Shown here: one piece after another, positions 1-12,624 of the stretch
Numbering within the stretch: the first letter of the stretch is position 1
How the letters are laid out: each line of letters begins with the position of its first letter
The notes under the pieces: model-generated
What the model saw: only the letters and a program-made list of their open reading frames with translations
What the model was told of the DNA's origin: nothing
Databases searched by the model: none
DNA from: Callorhinchus milii
Taxonomy: Eukaryota
Assembly: GCF_018977255.1 (NCBI RefSeq)
Contig: NW_024704743.1
Location: 58,902,001-58,966,000, forward strand
Direction of reading: 5' to 3'
Length of the DNA: 64,000 nt
Made by a program: the position numbers and the translations under genes

Positions 1-300
1 GAAGAAACTCCCTTCTCTTTTTGAATTGTATCATGGAATCTTTAATGTGCACCTGAATAAACTGTCGGGCGGGACCTCAGTTTGTCGTTTGCATGTCAGC
101 CCAGACTATGAGCTCAAGTTCCAACATGAGGCTTTGTCCTTGAGATGAGATTTCTTTAAATAAATTGGTTGTTCACTTCATTGTTATTTGTGGGATCATG
201 TTGAGTGCAAACACGGCCGCTGCATTTGCCTTGAAAAATAGTCACAACAATTGTCAGCAATTATTTGTGAAGCCCTTTGGGACATTTTGATGTTCTAGAC
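1..300. mobile_element. Deu-domain SINE fragments (1-135 minus, 160-300 plus)
   Basis: CATGGAATCTTTAATGTGCACCTGAA (antisense core) and TTTGTGGGATC..G....TGCAAA...GGCCGCTGCATTTGCC (sense 3' body). Confidence 0.6.
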
Positions 301-1254
301 ACTACACTGAATACACTAGCTCACAGGGAATTCCTACCATCCATTTAGTGAGGGTTCATACCCTTGCTTTTTGGATGTCAAATGACTGACTGACTATTCT
401 CCTCGGGGGAGAGGTAAGTGGGTCTCCTAGAAGATGACCTGACTTCAAGGTGACATGCTTGGCAACGCAATGTCGGAATTGAGCCAAGCTTCTGGAGTAC
501 GCGCTTCAAGATGCTACCCTGTGTGGAGTGAGGCATATAAATCCAAGTTGTTGGCGGCCTTAGAAATCCAGTTCCTGAACTAGGTGGATCTGCAGTATTC
601 CAGGGCACTGTTGATAGCAACAAAGCCAGCCTGGCTCATCGGCGGAACTTGGAAGAACAGACTATTCATTGGAAGTAGGGATTCTTCCCACTCAGCTCCC
701 ATTAACCCTGCAAGTCAAAGCCTTAACAGGTAGAATGGTCCTAGCTGGTCAAGCAGCAGAAAAGCTTGCCAGACACTAGTGGCAACCTATTTTGGATTTA
801 GCGGTTAGACTCCAGCAGTACTCCAATGCAAACTCTGGGGTTCCCAAGCCTTGGATCTTGCCAATTTGTGTCTAATACTCTGGTGAGCAGGAATGCGACC
901 CTCCAGGGAGAGTGTGCATTCCATTCCAATAAATACCACTGAAATTTCCATGCATCCCACCATGTACAGGTGGAATGCATGGAACTTGGGTACACTTAAG
1001 CATTGTAATGGGTTTTGTCAGCCAGGTGTGGCTGACAAAAAAAATGCAATGATTATTATTTTTATTTTATAATACCAACCAACAACTGAACACACAATGT
1101 GGGTGCAAACCTCAGTCAAGATATACCAACATCTTTTTTCCCACCCATCCTGCATATTTGGGGATATATGGAATACAATCTACCTCAAGTCACTTCACAG
1201 GATTTACTGTGGAATGGATTGACTGTGTATGTCAGTAGACTGCGTCTACCAAGA

Positions 1255-2151
1255 CAATAACAACAATATTACATTTGTATAGTGCCTTTCATGTCGGGAG
1301 GACGTCCCAAGGTGCTGAACAGTCAGTGTTTCGGACCTGAGCTGTGGGTCGGGATAGGGGAGGGTTGAGAGCAGAGGGGCAAGCAGGGTGATCGAAGGCA
1401 CGGTCGAAGATGAGGGTCTTGAGACAGGTCTTGAAGAGGCAAGGGAGCGGGTGAGGCAGAGGACTGCTGGATGGAGCTCCAGAGGGTGCAGAAGGCCTGC
1501 ACACCAATGGTGAGGCGGGCAAGGGGGAGACGTGAAGCAGGCCGGAGCCCGCTGAGTGGAGGGAGCGAGCAGGATGGTAGGGGAGGTCGCAGAGGTAGGG
1601 GAGAGCAAGGCCATGGAGGGCTTTGAAGGTGAGGAGCAGGATCTTCTTGAACTGTATCCTCTGTGTGATGGGAAGCCAGTGGAGTCGGGTGAGGATGGCG
1701 GTGATAGCATCACAGAGCCTGGTGCGAGAGGGAACACGGGCTGAATAGTTTTGGATGATCCTCAGCCTATGGAGGGAGGAGTTGGGGAGGCCGACAAGCA
1801 AGGAGTTTCCGTAGTGAAGGTTCGATGTTATGAATGTATGAATGAGAGTCTCGGTGGCCTGGACTGGTTCTGGACTGGCTTAGCAAGGTGGAGTGTGCAT
1901 CCATAGATGGTGATGCTGTCAGTGTCTGAGGTGTGGAGGCGCTGACGGGAGCCAATCAGGAGAGCCTCCATCTTGTTGATGCTCAACTGAAGAAAGTTAG
2001 CTCTCATCCAGGACTTGATGTCTGACAGACATTCTGTCAGGACAGCAGTCGTCCTGGAGTCAAGAGTGGAGGCAGAGAGATACAGTTGGGTGTCATCCGC
2101 ATACATGTGGAAGTTGACCCCATGTCTGCGGATGATGTCACCAAGAGTGAG
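1255..2151 (-). mobile_element. L2-clade LINE, 5'-truncated
   Basis: RT motif YADDTQLY and C-terminal LHWLPITQRIQFK; 3' stem-loop and (TTG)n-like tail; frameshifted. Confidence 0.9.
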
Positions 2152-2788
2152 ACAAATTATAGGATGACTTTTTAACATTAGATTTACATCTAATAGGACA
2201 TCACGATGCCTTTGCTGAAAGCACATTACTATGTGGATAGGAATGTGTGCAGGAATGTGTAGAACCAGAAAAGGACAATGGTCCATCCAGCTGGTCCCCA
2301 AAATAGTCATATTTTTTGAGCTTTTTTCACTCTTGCAAGATCTGCAAGCAGTATACTTCTGTAGAGTGCAGAGGTCACAATAAATAGTTGGGTGGATTTA
2401 CAAGCAAGTCCGCCCCAAAATCTATTAGAATATGTAGAGGAGTTTACTAAATAAATTCATGGGACTTTCCTGTGAATTAGATAATCTAAATAAATGTAAG
2501 TCTTTTAAATTGTGGCACGAGTACAGGAGATTTTAGAATGTTATTTTGCACTCTACATTGTGACTGTGGCTGACAAATGACTTTTCTTAAAGCAGCTTAT
2601 GTTGTGAGTGTATTGATTGAGGCCAAGACCACTGGACTCTTTTACGTAAAAAAAACCTTGATGCTGAAATGGGAATATGTGGACATTCTGGAAAGATGAG
2701 ATTAAATGGGCTGAAGGGCTTTCTTCATTCAAATCAATCTTGTGATATTGGAATTTTTGTACTGACAGAGTGTCTCTTTTTCAATTAG

Positions 2789-3052
2789 TTTCCGAGGATT
2801 TGTTGAGCAGCCCCATGGAGTTGAGTAAAAATGATAAGGATGAAATGGCATTGCTAAATGAAATCCTGAACGCCTCTTCGCTGGAGGAGGGTGACTTCAG
2901 CAAGGAATGGCAGACCGTGTTTGGAGATGACGTTTTCAGTCTTCCTACCGATCTAGCTGCTGGAGAATCTGATCAATCTGCGGCTGCTCCAGGCTTCCTT
3001 CCATCACAACTATTTGACAAAAACTTGAGTGATTTATCATCTTCACTGACTA
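2789..3052 (+). CDS. ICA1: ICA1 (ICA69) internal coding exon, C-terminal ICAC domain
   Basis: Acceptor tttttcaattAG at 2787-88 and donor GTAAGT at 3053; 264 nt, phase 1-1. Encodes LLNEILNASSLEEGDFSKEWQTVFGD...GFLPSQLFD, matching ICA1 (NASSLEEGEFSKEW..VFGD...GFLPSQL). Adjacency to GLCCI1 favours ICA1 over ICA1L. Confidence 0.92.
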
Positions 3053-3204
3053 GTAAGTACAAAGGCTGTAACACACTACCTTAAACTGTTACACCAATAT
3101 GCATATCTCTATAATTTTTTTTCCCAAAGGATCTTGAAATTTAACATGGAATTTTTCTAATTATTTCCTAGCTTGTTTTCATTGTGATGTTGTTACTCTG
3201 TGAT

Positions 3205-3392
3205 GGAGTTTCCCTGGTGTCCTGACCAACAGTGCCCCAGATAAAATTGGTCATTTACCTCCTGGCTGTTTGTGGGACATTGTTGTGTGTACATTGGTTG
3301 CTGTGTTTGCCTACAGTATACTACACCTTACAATAAAATCCTATCAAGCGATATGTGTTTTGACAACATAATCAAATGAAGGAATTATTAAT
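3205..3392 (+). mobile_element. Deu-domain SINE 3' fragment
   Basis: CCTGGTGTCCTGACCAACA...AATTGGTCATT...CTGTTTGTGGGACATTG...CAAATGAAGGAATTATT. Confidence 0.7.
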
Positions 3393-4704
3393 ATATAACC
3401 TATGTTTTCTCACTTAAAAACTGTTAGCCCACCAATTTATCTGCACCAATGACTAAGTTAGAGGGACATATTTACCTTCTTCCTCTGCTGTTTACCACTG
3501 CAATTGCAAAAACAATAGGTAGATGAAACCCACCTCCTATCAGCTCTTAAGAATGAATTGTTGCTATATTTAGGTTTTATTATGAGAAACTTTTTTTCAA
3601 TCGTGTTTTGAATAAGAAAAAATCGGGTTCATTAACTAAGTGGCATATGTCTTGTACACTATCTAAATGTCTGTAACAAGTGTTTGTCTCAATAACCATC
3701 ATAGGACAGGGGGTCCCCGATTTAATAATAAACAGAATGTATTTGTACAGCACAATTCTTATAAGAAAGTCTCAAAGTTCCTTATGAAATTTGATTAATT
3801 AAAAGTCAATGTTACAAGAGCAAATACAGCAGATAATCTGCACCAATAATGTCCTATAAACAATAAGATGAGTAGATCATTAATTAGAATTTTTTGGATG
3901 AGGAGGCCAATATATCTAGGAGAAAAATTGCATCCTTCTTTGATACAGTAGCAGGGCAGCGTGCCATTGGGGCTCGCACGTGCTTATTTAAGGCTAGTAC
4001 CAAAGAATGACCTATGGAACTTTACAAGTAAGGAAACAAAGTAAAAGCAAAGAAAATCAAAATGCCCTTAACAAAGAAAATTTAAAATCATTACATTTGA
4101 TACAGCACCTTTCAAGTCAGGAAGATGTCTCCAAACACTTCACAGGATATACAGTAAAGTGTTGTGGCTCTTTGGATAATTAAGTAATTGGATAATTTAA
4201 CTGCAACATTTACTGTTTAAATATATCAGCACTCAGCAATTTACAGACAATGACCTTCTATAATAAAGTGTAGTTGTTCCTTCATATGTTATTGCTAATC
4301 TTTTATCCAGTCCTTTAGCATTATTAATTGCAATTAATAGCAATTAGCATGCTGAAGGTGGCAAAGAAGTGGACTCTCCCATCAAATTCCTCAGTCACAC
4401 CTATGCTACTGTCACAGAAGTTCTTGGACCTTCCTATAAAGAGGGATATTCAGTCATCACCGCAATTACTCACTTGTTAGAAACCGAGTAACTGGTAGCA
4501 GTACTAGGAGCAGCTCAGCTTGTCTGTTTATACTCACAATCCCGTATTAACCCTCAGACGTCTAAAGGACGTAAAAAGCACTATATCAAATGAAAGGATT
4601 ATTATTAACAATGTAAGAAACAGAAGAACAAGGAAGAAATAAAAGGATAACAAAAGGGCCAAGGTGTACATTCAATCACACTTCCCTGCCTCATCCCCAT
4701 ACAT

Positions 4705-4830
4705 TAGATTACATTAGAATATACAGCACAGAAATAGGCCATTCGACCCAACTGGTCTATGCCGGTGTTTATGTTCCACATGAGCCTCCTCCTGTCCTTC
4801 ATCAACTAAGCCTTCAAGCATAACCTGCTA
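4705..4830 (-). mobile_element. CR1-type 3' end fragment
   Basis: ACAGCACAGAAATAGGCCATTCGACCCAACTGGTCTATGCCGGTGTTTATG is the reverse complement of tails like those at 27750-27810 and 36615-36680. Confidence 0.6.
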
Positions 4831-4887
4831 GCATAACCATACCACTCTCGGTCCTTCATATATCTGCCTATGTTCCTCTTTGTGGAG

Positions 4888-5658
4888 TCCTCCGGAACAT
4901 CGCCAGACTATGGCATTACCTCACCCCTCACGCTGCAGAAACCCTGGTTCACGCCTTTATCACCTCAAGGCTGGACTATGGGAACTCTCTCCTCGCCGGC
5001 CTTCCCGGCACCTCCCTCCACAAGCTGCAGGTCATTCAGAACTCTGCAGCTCGTGTACTGTCCCGCACCAGGCTTCGGGACCACATCACTCCCACCCTCG
5101 CTCGCCTCCACTGGCTCCCCATCCCCCAGAGGATTGATTTCAAGATCCTCATCCTCACCTACAAGGCCATTCACGGCCTCGCTCCCTCCTACCTCTCCGA
5201 CCTACTATCCCCCTACCTACCTGCCCGTACCCTCCGTTCCTCTGGCTCCGGTCTGCCCACATCCCCCGCCCCAATCGCCCTACCATCGGTGGTCGGGCCT
5301 TCAGCCTCTCAGCCCCGAGGCTCTGGAACTCCATCCCCCAGTGCCTTCGCCGCTTCCTCCCTTTCCTCCTTCAAGGCCGGTCTCAAAACCTTTCTCTTTG
5401 ACCGTGCCTTCAGCTCCCCTCTCGACTCTCTTCCCCCTCCTCGCTCCCTCCCTTCCCTCCCCTCACCCTGACGATTTCCCCCCTCCTTGCTCCCTCCCTT
5501 CCCTCACCCTGACCATTTCCCCCTCCTCGCTCCCTCCCTTCCCTCCCCTCACCCTGACCATTTCCCCCCTGCTCGGGTCATGACCCAACTGTGCGGCGCC
5601 TTGGGACGTCCTCCTGACGTGAAAGGCGCTTTATAAATGGAATCTTGTTGTTGTTGTT
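4888..5658 (+). mobile_element. L2-clade LINE 3' fragment
   Basis: ORF2 C-terminus ETLVHAFITSRLDY...LHWLPIP..., 3' hairpin GCGCCTTGGGACGTCCTCCTGACGTGAAAGGCGC and a (TTG)n tail. Confidence 0.9.
5431..5570 (+). repeat. Pyrimidine-rich ~45-bp tandem repeat (3 units) inside the L2 3' UTR
   Basis: Unit TTCCCCCTCCTCGCTCCCTCCCTTCCCTC(CCCTC)ACCCTGAC(C/G)AT repeated three times. Confidence 0.85.
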
Positions 5659-5977
5659 GTCCTGTAGCTCAGTGGTTAGAGCACTCGCTTTGCAAGTGAG
5701 AGACCTGAGTTCAATTCCAGGCAGAGGGCGAAACCTTGGGCAAGTTTCCTTACTCCACACAGAGCCTAATAATAATCCCTCCAAAACAAAAAACAATAAT
5801 AAATTGGTCATTTTCAATCTACGACTGTTTGTGGGACATTGCTGTGCACAATTGGCTGCTGCGTTTGCCCACAAATATGCAGTCAATTCACTTTACAGTG
5901 TGTTCTGTGAAGCGCTTTGGGACGTCCTCCCGACGTGAAAAGCGCTATATCAAATGCAAGGATTATTACTATTATTA
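5659..5977 (+). mobile_element. Young tRNA-Ala-derived SINE (short subfamily)
   Basis: A box TAGCTCAGTGG, B box GAGTTCAATTCC, Deu-like 3' body, L2-like hairpin and (TTA)n tail; abuts an L2 tail. Confidence 0.92.
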
Positions 5978-6604
5978 AAACCCACAATGGACTCTGCCTC
6001 CACCTTCTCAACAGATCTCTGAATGGAAACATTTTGCATATTGAGTTGTTTTCTCAGGCCTGTATTTCTGTTTCTTCAATTTAATACACCTGTCAAAAAT
6101 GTATTACGTGGCTTTAAGGATTGGAGCATATTCTGCTCCAAACTATTATTTGAAAATACTGTAAAGCAAACTAACGTTAAAAAGTACACACATACACACA
6201 CACATATGTACATGCACAGAAGTGTGCCCTTTGAGGATTTTTACAGCCCTGATGTCTGGTGTATTTTGTTTCTAATTAGCATTCAGATCTGAATTGAAGT
6301 AAGAAAATAAGTTACAGAGACTAACAAGTTAAAACCAGTTCAGGCTAAAAACATATGGATATAGCGAAACTAGGCAAACAGACATTTATTCAAACAAGCA
6401 CAGTGAGGGTTCTAGCTGCAGAATGATTAATGTTATAAACCTGCCCATTTGACCTCTTCCTAGAATTGTAATGCAGCAGTGTTTTGAATAATTTGCTCAT
6501 GGTCTATAATTTAACATGAAGTTATTAAATTCATACATTTCTTCAGTCATGCCATTAGCATACTTCAGAATTCACTTATTGTAATGCAGAGTCTTGCTCA
6601 TTCT

Positions 6605-7036
6605 GGTATCAGCCAAGCTCAGTTAGTAGGACTCTTAACTCTTGAGTCAGAAGATTGTGGTTTCAAGCCCCATCCTTGTCTACACACACAGGTCTTTGAG
6701 CTTGCAGCCTAGGCTGACACTTCAGTACAGTGCTGGAGATGTGTTGCATTGTTGCATTGTCAAAGGTGCCATCCTCCGGGTGAGCTGCTCTACCCAGGTC
6801 CCATCTGCCTGTTCAGGTAAACTTTAAAGATCTCACAGCACTCTTCAAAAAGCAAAGAGTTTCACCCAATGTCTTTGCCAACAATCCCTCATATAAAAGA
6901 ATTGGTCATTCACTAGTAGGATGTTGCTGTACACAAACTGGCTTCTGTGTTCATCTTCACTACACATTACAGAATCTCTTAGCGTTCTCTTGAAGTGATG
7001 AGATACTAAATCAAATGAAAGGATTAATATTTATTA
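6605..7036 (+). mobile_element. Ancient Deu-domain SINE (SacSINE1/AmnSINE1-like)
   Basis: Different tRNA head (CAGCC..GCTCAGTT.GTAG.ACTCT...TGAGTCAGAAG), Deu core (AGGTGCC.TC...CTGCCTGTTCAGGT...AAAGATC.CA..GCACT), tail CAAATGAAAGGATT. Confidence 0.75.
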
Positions 7037-7413
7037 TCAAGACTAAATTGCAATTTGGTTTGATGCGGGTGAAATTTATTAAAAAAAATTATTTGAAAGC
7101 GATTGTCTTCTAGGAACAGTATGACACAGTTTTTCCCATAATGTGTTTTTTTCCCCATGAATATAAGTGAAGTTTTGGGAAATATACTTGAGAAAGTAAG
7201 TATAATTTGAAAGTAAGTACTGCAGCTTAGAGATGAGCTATGATACATAACCAGACCTCAATTTCGGAAACAATGTTTTGAATTGATATTGGTATTTTAC
7301 CAATGCGCATACTCTTATTATACCTGAGTTTGTTTAGAATTATGTCTCAGTTTTTGGTTAGTGAGAGAATATGGTCTGGAACTAATGTTACATTGATGTT
7401 GATTTGTTAATAG

Positions 7414-7509
7414 GTTGGGCGGAAGCTGGTGCCACATCTCAGTTCATATTCCAATCAACCGAGCAAGTAAATGGGCTCACCCAGAACCTCAGTAAGATCC
7501 CACTTAAAG
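7414..7509 (+). CDS. ICA1: ICA1 96-nt phase 1-1 exon, (S)WAEAGATSQFIFQSTEQVNGLTQNLSKIPLK
   Basis: Acceptor ttgttaatAG at 7412-13 and donor AAG|GTAATC at 7510; open and in frame between the flanking ICA1 exons. Confidence 0.75.
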
Positions 7510-7534
7510 GTAATCAAAAAAAACCCAGCAAAAA

Positions 7535-7980
7535 CTTACATTTATATCATGTCATTCACATGGGGTAGAGTCTTGGAGCACTTAACAGTGATGGAATTTG
7601 ACTCCAAGCAACGATAGGGAGGGTTTGAGGGAGAATGTTCCAGATTTTCGGAGCATGGTGGCTGAGAGCTCAGACGCCGGCGGTGGAGGGGACAAGCAGG
7701 CGACCTGAACCAGCCGAGCAGAGGTAGGAGGTGACCGTGGGTATGGTCGAAGAGGAAAGTCTTCAGACGTGATCTGAAAATGGGGCCAAGGCAGGGGGAT
7801 TGAGGGAGAGTGTTCCAGATTTTCTGAGCATGGTGGCTGAGAGCTCAGACGCCGATGGTGGAGGGGACAAGCAGGGGACCGGAACCAGCCGAGCGGAGGT
7901 GATGGGTGAGGGAGTGGGGAGTAAGCAGGTCAGAGAGGTCACGAGGTGCCAGGGCATGAAGGGATTTGTTGTGATGATCA
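7535..7980 (-). mobile_element. L2 3' fragment with an internal ~100-bp duplication
   Basis: 7626-7727 and 7801-7900 are near-copies (GAGGGAGA.TGTTCCAGATTTT...CCAGCCGAGC.GAGGT); L2 LWNxLP region on the minus strand. Confidence 0.75.
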
Positions 7981-8126
7981 TACTTTTTTGATTAAAATCA
8001 TTCTCATCTCAGGTCTGTAATCGGGTTGTGAAACACATCTACAACATGAAAGGGCTTGGTATCGTCATATATTGTTTGCCTTTTATGTCCCTTTTTTGGA
8101 CTTTTTTTTTCTTATTCTCACTTCAG

Positions 8127-8447
8127 CAGGCCCTGGCCTGCTTCACGTCCCCCGCCTCGCTCGCCCCACTATTGGCGGGCATGCCTTCTGCCACTCTGCC
8201 CCTAACCCTTTGGAACTGCATCCCGCAGTCACTTCGTCTCGCCCCCTTTTTTGCCTCCTCCAAGACCATCTCAAGACCCTCCTCTTTGACCGTCCTTTCA
8301 ATCACCCTGCTTTCCTACCCTGCCCTCTGCCCTCCACCCTCCCTGACCCAGACCCCCAGCTCAGGTCCGATACTCTGTCTGTCCAGCACCTTGGGACGTC
8401 CTCCCAACGTGAAAGGCACTTTACAAATGTAATTTTGTTGTTGTTGT
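8127..8447 (+). mobile_element. L2 3' fragment
   Basis: GLLHVPRLARPTIGGHAF, 3' hairpin and TTGTTG tail. Confidence 0.85.
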
Positions 8448-9512
8448 TCACTCCAGCATCTTTTTTGTTCTCCTCAGACGTACATACAGGCAGGGTGGTT
8501 CAGCCAGTCGGTGTATCTTCATGGATGATGTTTGTGCTCAAAAGCTGACCTGAAGAGTTTGCACTTCTGAATTTTCCTGGTCCTAATCTTAATACAATTG
8601 TCTCAAAATTTACGATTGTGCTTAATTGTGGAAAATTCTTCAATTCAGTCATAATTTGAAAGCCGGTTTAATGCAGGTCTAAGGCCTGACGTGTCCATTA
8701 GTGAGTCTTTGTTAGTCCCTTGTTAGTCAGTCTTGGAATAGTTAATACTGTAAGGGAAAGAAAAAACAAACATTATAAAAAGAAAAGTGGGCTGATCTAG
8801 TGAGGGGATCAGAAGTTGATGTTCTACTTTATTGAGTTTTGGAGGAAATCTAGGTGCTGGTGAAGGTCCCTCGTCCAATGCTGTCTCCTCCCTGTGGCCT
8901 ATCACCTGCCGTATTTTAATAATCTTCGCATTTGATGCTGCGTCTTATCACATCGTCAAGATGTCTCAAAGCGCCTCACAGGATTTCACTGTGAAACGTA
9001 GTGACTAGGCATTTGTAGGCAAATGCTATTCATGACCTTCACTTCCGAAATCCTAAAGAACAAAACAGCAAAATATCTAACTTGCAATGGGAACCTGAAA
9101 AACAAAAGGCTGGCAGGGCTGCAAAGCTGACACAAATGGCTGCCAGATTTGCCTACAAAAAACACTTTAATAGTAATTATTTGTGAAACGGTTTGAAACA
9201 TTTCAGTGTGATAAAGTGCTCTAAAAATGCAAGTTTTTTTCCTTTCTATAATGCCTGCGTTTGGATGACATTGAGAATCAAAACAGTGTTTTATTACTTA
9301 TTCTGGGACTAGTATAATGTGCATTTTTTAAACAAACAGTAAGCTGTTTAGGAGTGATCCTGACCTGTGAGTTGTTGATGCACGACATTTGACTACAGGC
9401 TGGTAATTGACTGCCGAGAGGCTTCTGGTTTGTACTTAGCAAATTGCTCTTTCTGATCAAGATCATGTTGAACATAGATGCAGCAAGAATCTGAGCTTTC
9501 TCTGCCAAATAA

Positions 9513-9728
<216 letters not shown>

Positions 9729-10210
9729 CATTGTACGTAAATAACCTATCGACTCCGATCACAACTATATATCATTGTAATGTTGAGTAAATCTATGAAA
9801 TGTTGAGTTCCAGAACCTAATTTTCTAATATGTCAGTGAGATTAAAAACTGCTGAAAAAAGTTTATTGAATAATTTTTATTAGAACGAAGATGAGAATCC
9901 AACAGAGATGATTTATCCCGTAACTTTTGATGTCTTATTGCTAAACAACAGGCGTGAAGAGAGTAATTACGTGGACAGTTTGCATTTATTTGTTTCCCTC
10001 TTTAATTCTACAATTGCATGCCTATTTAAGTTTCTAACGTACTGCAAACTTGAGGTTGAAAAATGCAGTTGATATAAATTCCAGTCAATCCTTTGTAACG
10101 AAGAGCAGACAACAGAATATTATTCGAAGGTGCTTCCTCTATCCCTTCCTTGTGGAAGTCCAGGAATCACACCTAACACTTTTGAAGCACGTTTCGCAAT
10201 GACTTTCATC

Positions 10211-10216
10211 AATAAA
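10211..10216 (+). terminator. Probable ICA1 polyadenylation signal AATAAA
   Basis: First AATAAA I found after the stop codon (~480 nt), followed by T-rich sequence. An ATTAAA variant lies at 9841. Confidence 0.5.
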
Positions 10217-12624
10217 GTGATTCATAGCAAGAAATGGTTCTTTTTACTTCCAGCTTCAATAGTGCATTTCTCAGACCATATCCATCTAAGCATAGGTTGA
10301 ACTCTGCTATCTCTGTGGCTGGCTGGTGTTTCTAAAGAGATGTGAGTGCAACTGACTCTTTAACATTATTTAACAGAATTGTTGCATTATAATTCTTATC
10401 ATTGGATATGGTGTGAGAAAATGGACAATCAGATGGGCTGTATCCTACCCCGATTCCAGAATGCAGAGAAGCAATTTTCCCTCTGCAATTAGAATTATCA
10501 GACCAGAGAACTATTGGGCAGGGAGTTGGTTGGAGCTTGTCGAAAAAAGTGATATCATTCCAAAAATATGCTTGTGTAATTTTGTAGTCCCAAAATGTAT
10601 GCAATCTGGCCTATGATGCAGTTCGGCATCCTGAACTCCTTGAATTTGTAGCACAATTTCAAGATGGCTAGGCTTTTGCAGATTATTTAGGAGGTACCAC
10701 CAGGAGATTGACTCTGAGAGGTAGTGGGTTGGGTGTGGTCTGATATAATCCCAAACAGCCCTCTGGTGAATCAATATTATCCAAATGACATATTAAATGT
10801 GGTCAGGAATGAGCTCTCTTTTGTCAATACTACCAGTCTAATGTTAAAAAATACCTTGCTTCTGCCAATTTCACATGAATATCTCAATTGTTGGAATACA
10901 AAATTGCTCCTTTCTGATCTCCCTCTGTTTAGATGCTTCAGATCCAGACATATCCTCAATGCTTTTATCTGGTTTCTCAATGATCATCATTGAGTTGACC
11001 TTCTCAGTCAGTTCCCCTCTCTTTTATTCACTCCTTCCTCCTCCATTTTTTGCAATTTTCCTGTACTCTCAGCTTCCCTGTTTCTGACCACATGCACTAC
11101 CTTTACTCCTTTATCCATTACTCAAAGCTCATCATTTGCTGTCAGGGATTATTTTACTGTATTTCTCTCATGGTATCAAAGTTTTACCTTTAACTTTGTA
11201 GTTTTGTTATTGGAGAAATGAAAGAGTTATGCCGATGTGCAGTGAACTTGCTATCGTGCCTTGTTATAGCTCAAGTTGTGATTTTATGGATCCCAATCAC
11301 CACTCACTTTATAACTAAGTTCCACTGTAGTAGTATTGTTCTCTAAAGAAGTTTAAACTCCACATGTAAACTTGCTATTCATCTGTAATGCCTTGATTCT
11401 GTTTCTGACTTGGAAATGCCTGGAGTTAATTGATGTTTCATATTGCATTATTTTGCTGTTTTTCCATTGAAATAACCATATATGGAATTCAGAACAAGGC
11501 TTTACATGTACAATGTAGGGGAAGAACGTTCACATTTCTTAATAGGATACAGATGATTTTTCTCAATGGGTTGAAGATAATATCTATAGATAGAAGTTGT
11601 TTGAACTTCTTACAAAGAATGAGGAAAATTATGGTTATGATACAAAATCTTTACTAATTAAACAATCAAGTCAGAAGCCACTCCTTCCCTCTTTACCTTT
11701 GCAAATTTGCCTTTGCACAGCTGGCTCTGGCTTTCTGTATGTCTCTTGTCCCCTCCACTCCAGCACCAATGGCGATGCTTTAAGCCACTACATCAGATAT
11801 TCTGGAACTCCCTACTTCACTCCCTCTCCCCTGTGGAAGACCCTCCACTTCCACCCAACCTACAGTAACTCCCGCTATCTCCGTGGCTCAGCATTAAGCC
11901 CTGCCACTGTTAAGCACTTTGCCCGATGAAGGGCACTAAATAAATTCAAGTTGTTATTATTGGTACCTTCTGGATCTATGAGGCTTAACTCCAGTCAAGG
12001 CAGTTCATTTATTCATAGAAGTGTTGCCTGAGTCTCTGAAAATATATTTTTGTTTAAACACAAAAAACGAAGTCATTTCCCCAAATTAGAAATATTGGAT
12101 GAACTGTAGTGCATTAATTATTCAGTGTGTTAATATACAAAGCCAGACTGGGTTGTTCGTACCCGTTCTCACTAATTCAAATTTATTCCAGCATATTTGT
12201 CCTCGTACAATGATGTAAAGTTCACATATTCTAGCTGTATGGACTATTATACAAAACTAATCACAAAATACCTGAAATACTTCTTTTAAATCCCAAATAT
12301 AGCGATGGAAAGGCTTTGTTCTGTATCAGTCTAAGGTGGCTTAGTCTCGATAATTTCAACGTGCTTCTGTGAAGACTTTAGGATTGACTATGTGATGCGT
12401 GTGAACCGTGTGTAAAATATGTGTAAATGTAGGTATACAGAAGAATAATGGAGGCCTTTAGTTATGTGATGAACCAACTAAAGGGATTTATCAATCATGT
12501 AATGAGCTAATCCTTTTCAATAATGGTTATTTAGAGAATCAAATACCCCTGTGCACCTACTATTACACATGGTTAACATATAGTCCATAATAGGCCCCAT
12601 TTTGTGTTTGATTCCAAGAACTGT

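Noticed and set aside
330..1000. Possible RTE-like LINE 5' region (similar impression at 20995-21530 and 56930-57150)
   Set aside because: Only a vague resemblance with no translatable diagnostic motif; needs RepeatMasker.
5578..5978. Recurrent ORFs such as MGKFPYSTQSLIII... and ...SCSSVVRALALQ... (also 12517-12908 and 36733-37130)
   Set aside because: They are translations of SINE copies in several frames, not a protein family.
10420..11000. Cluster of short ORFs downstream of ICA1
   Set aside because: Appears to be highly decayed antisense CR1-like sequence; too degenerate to call.
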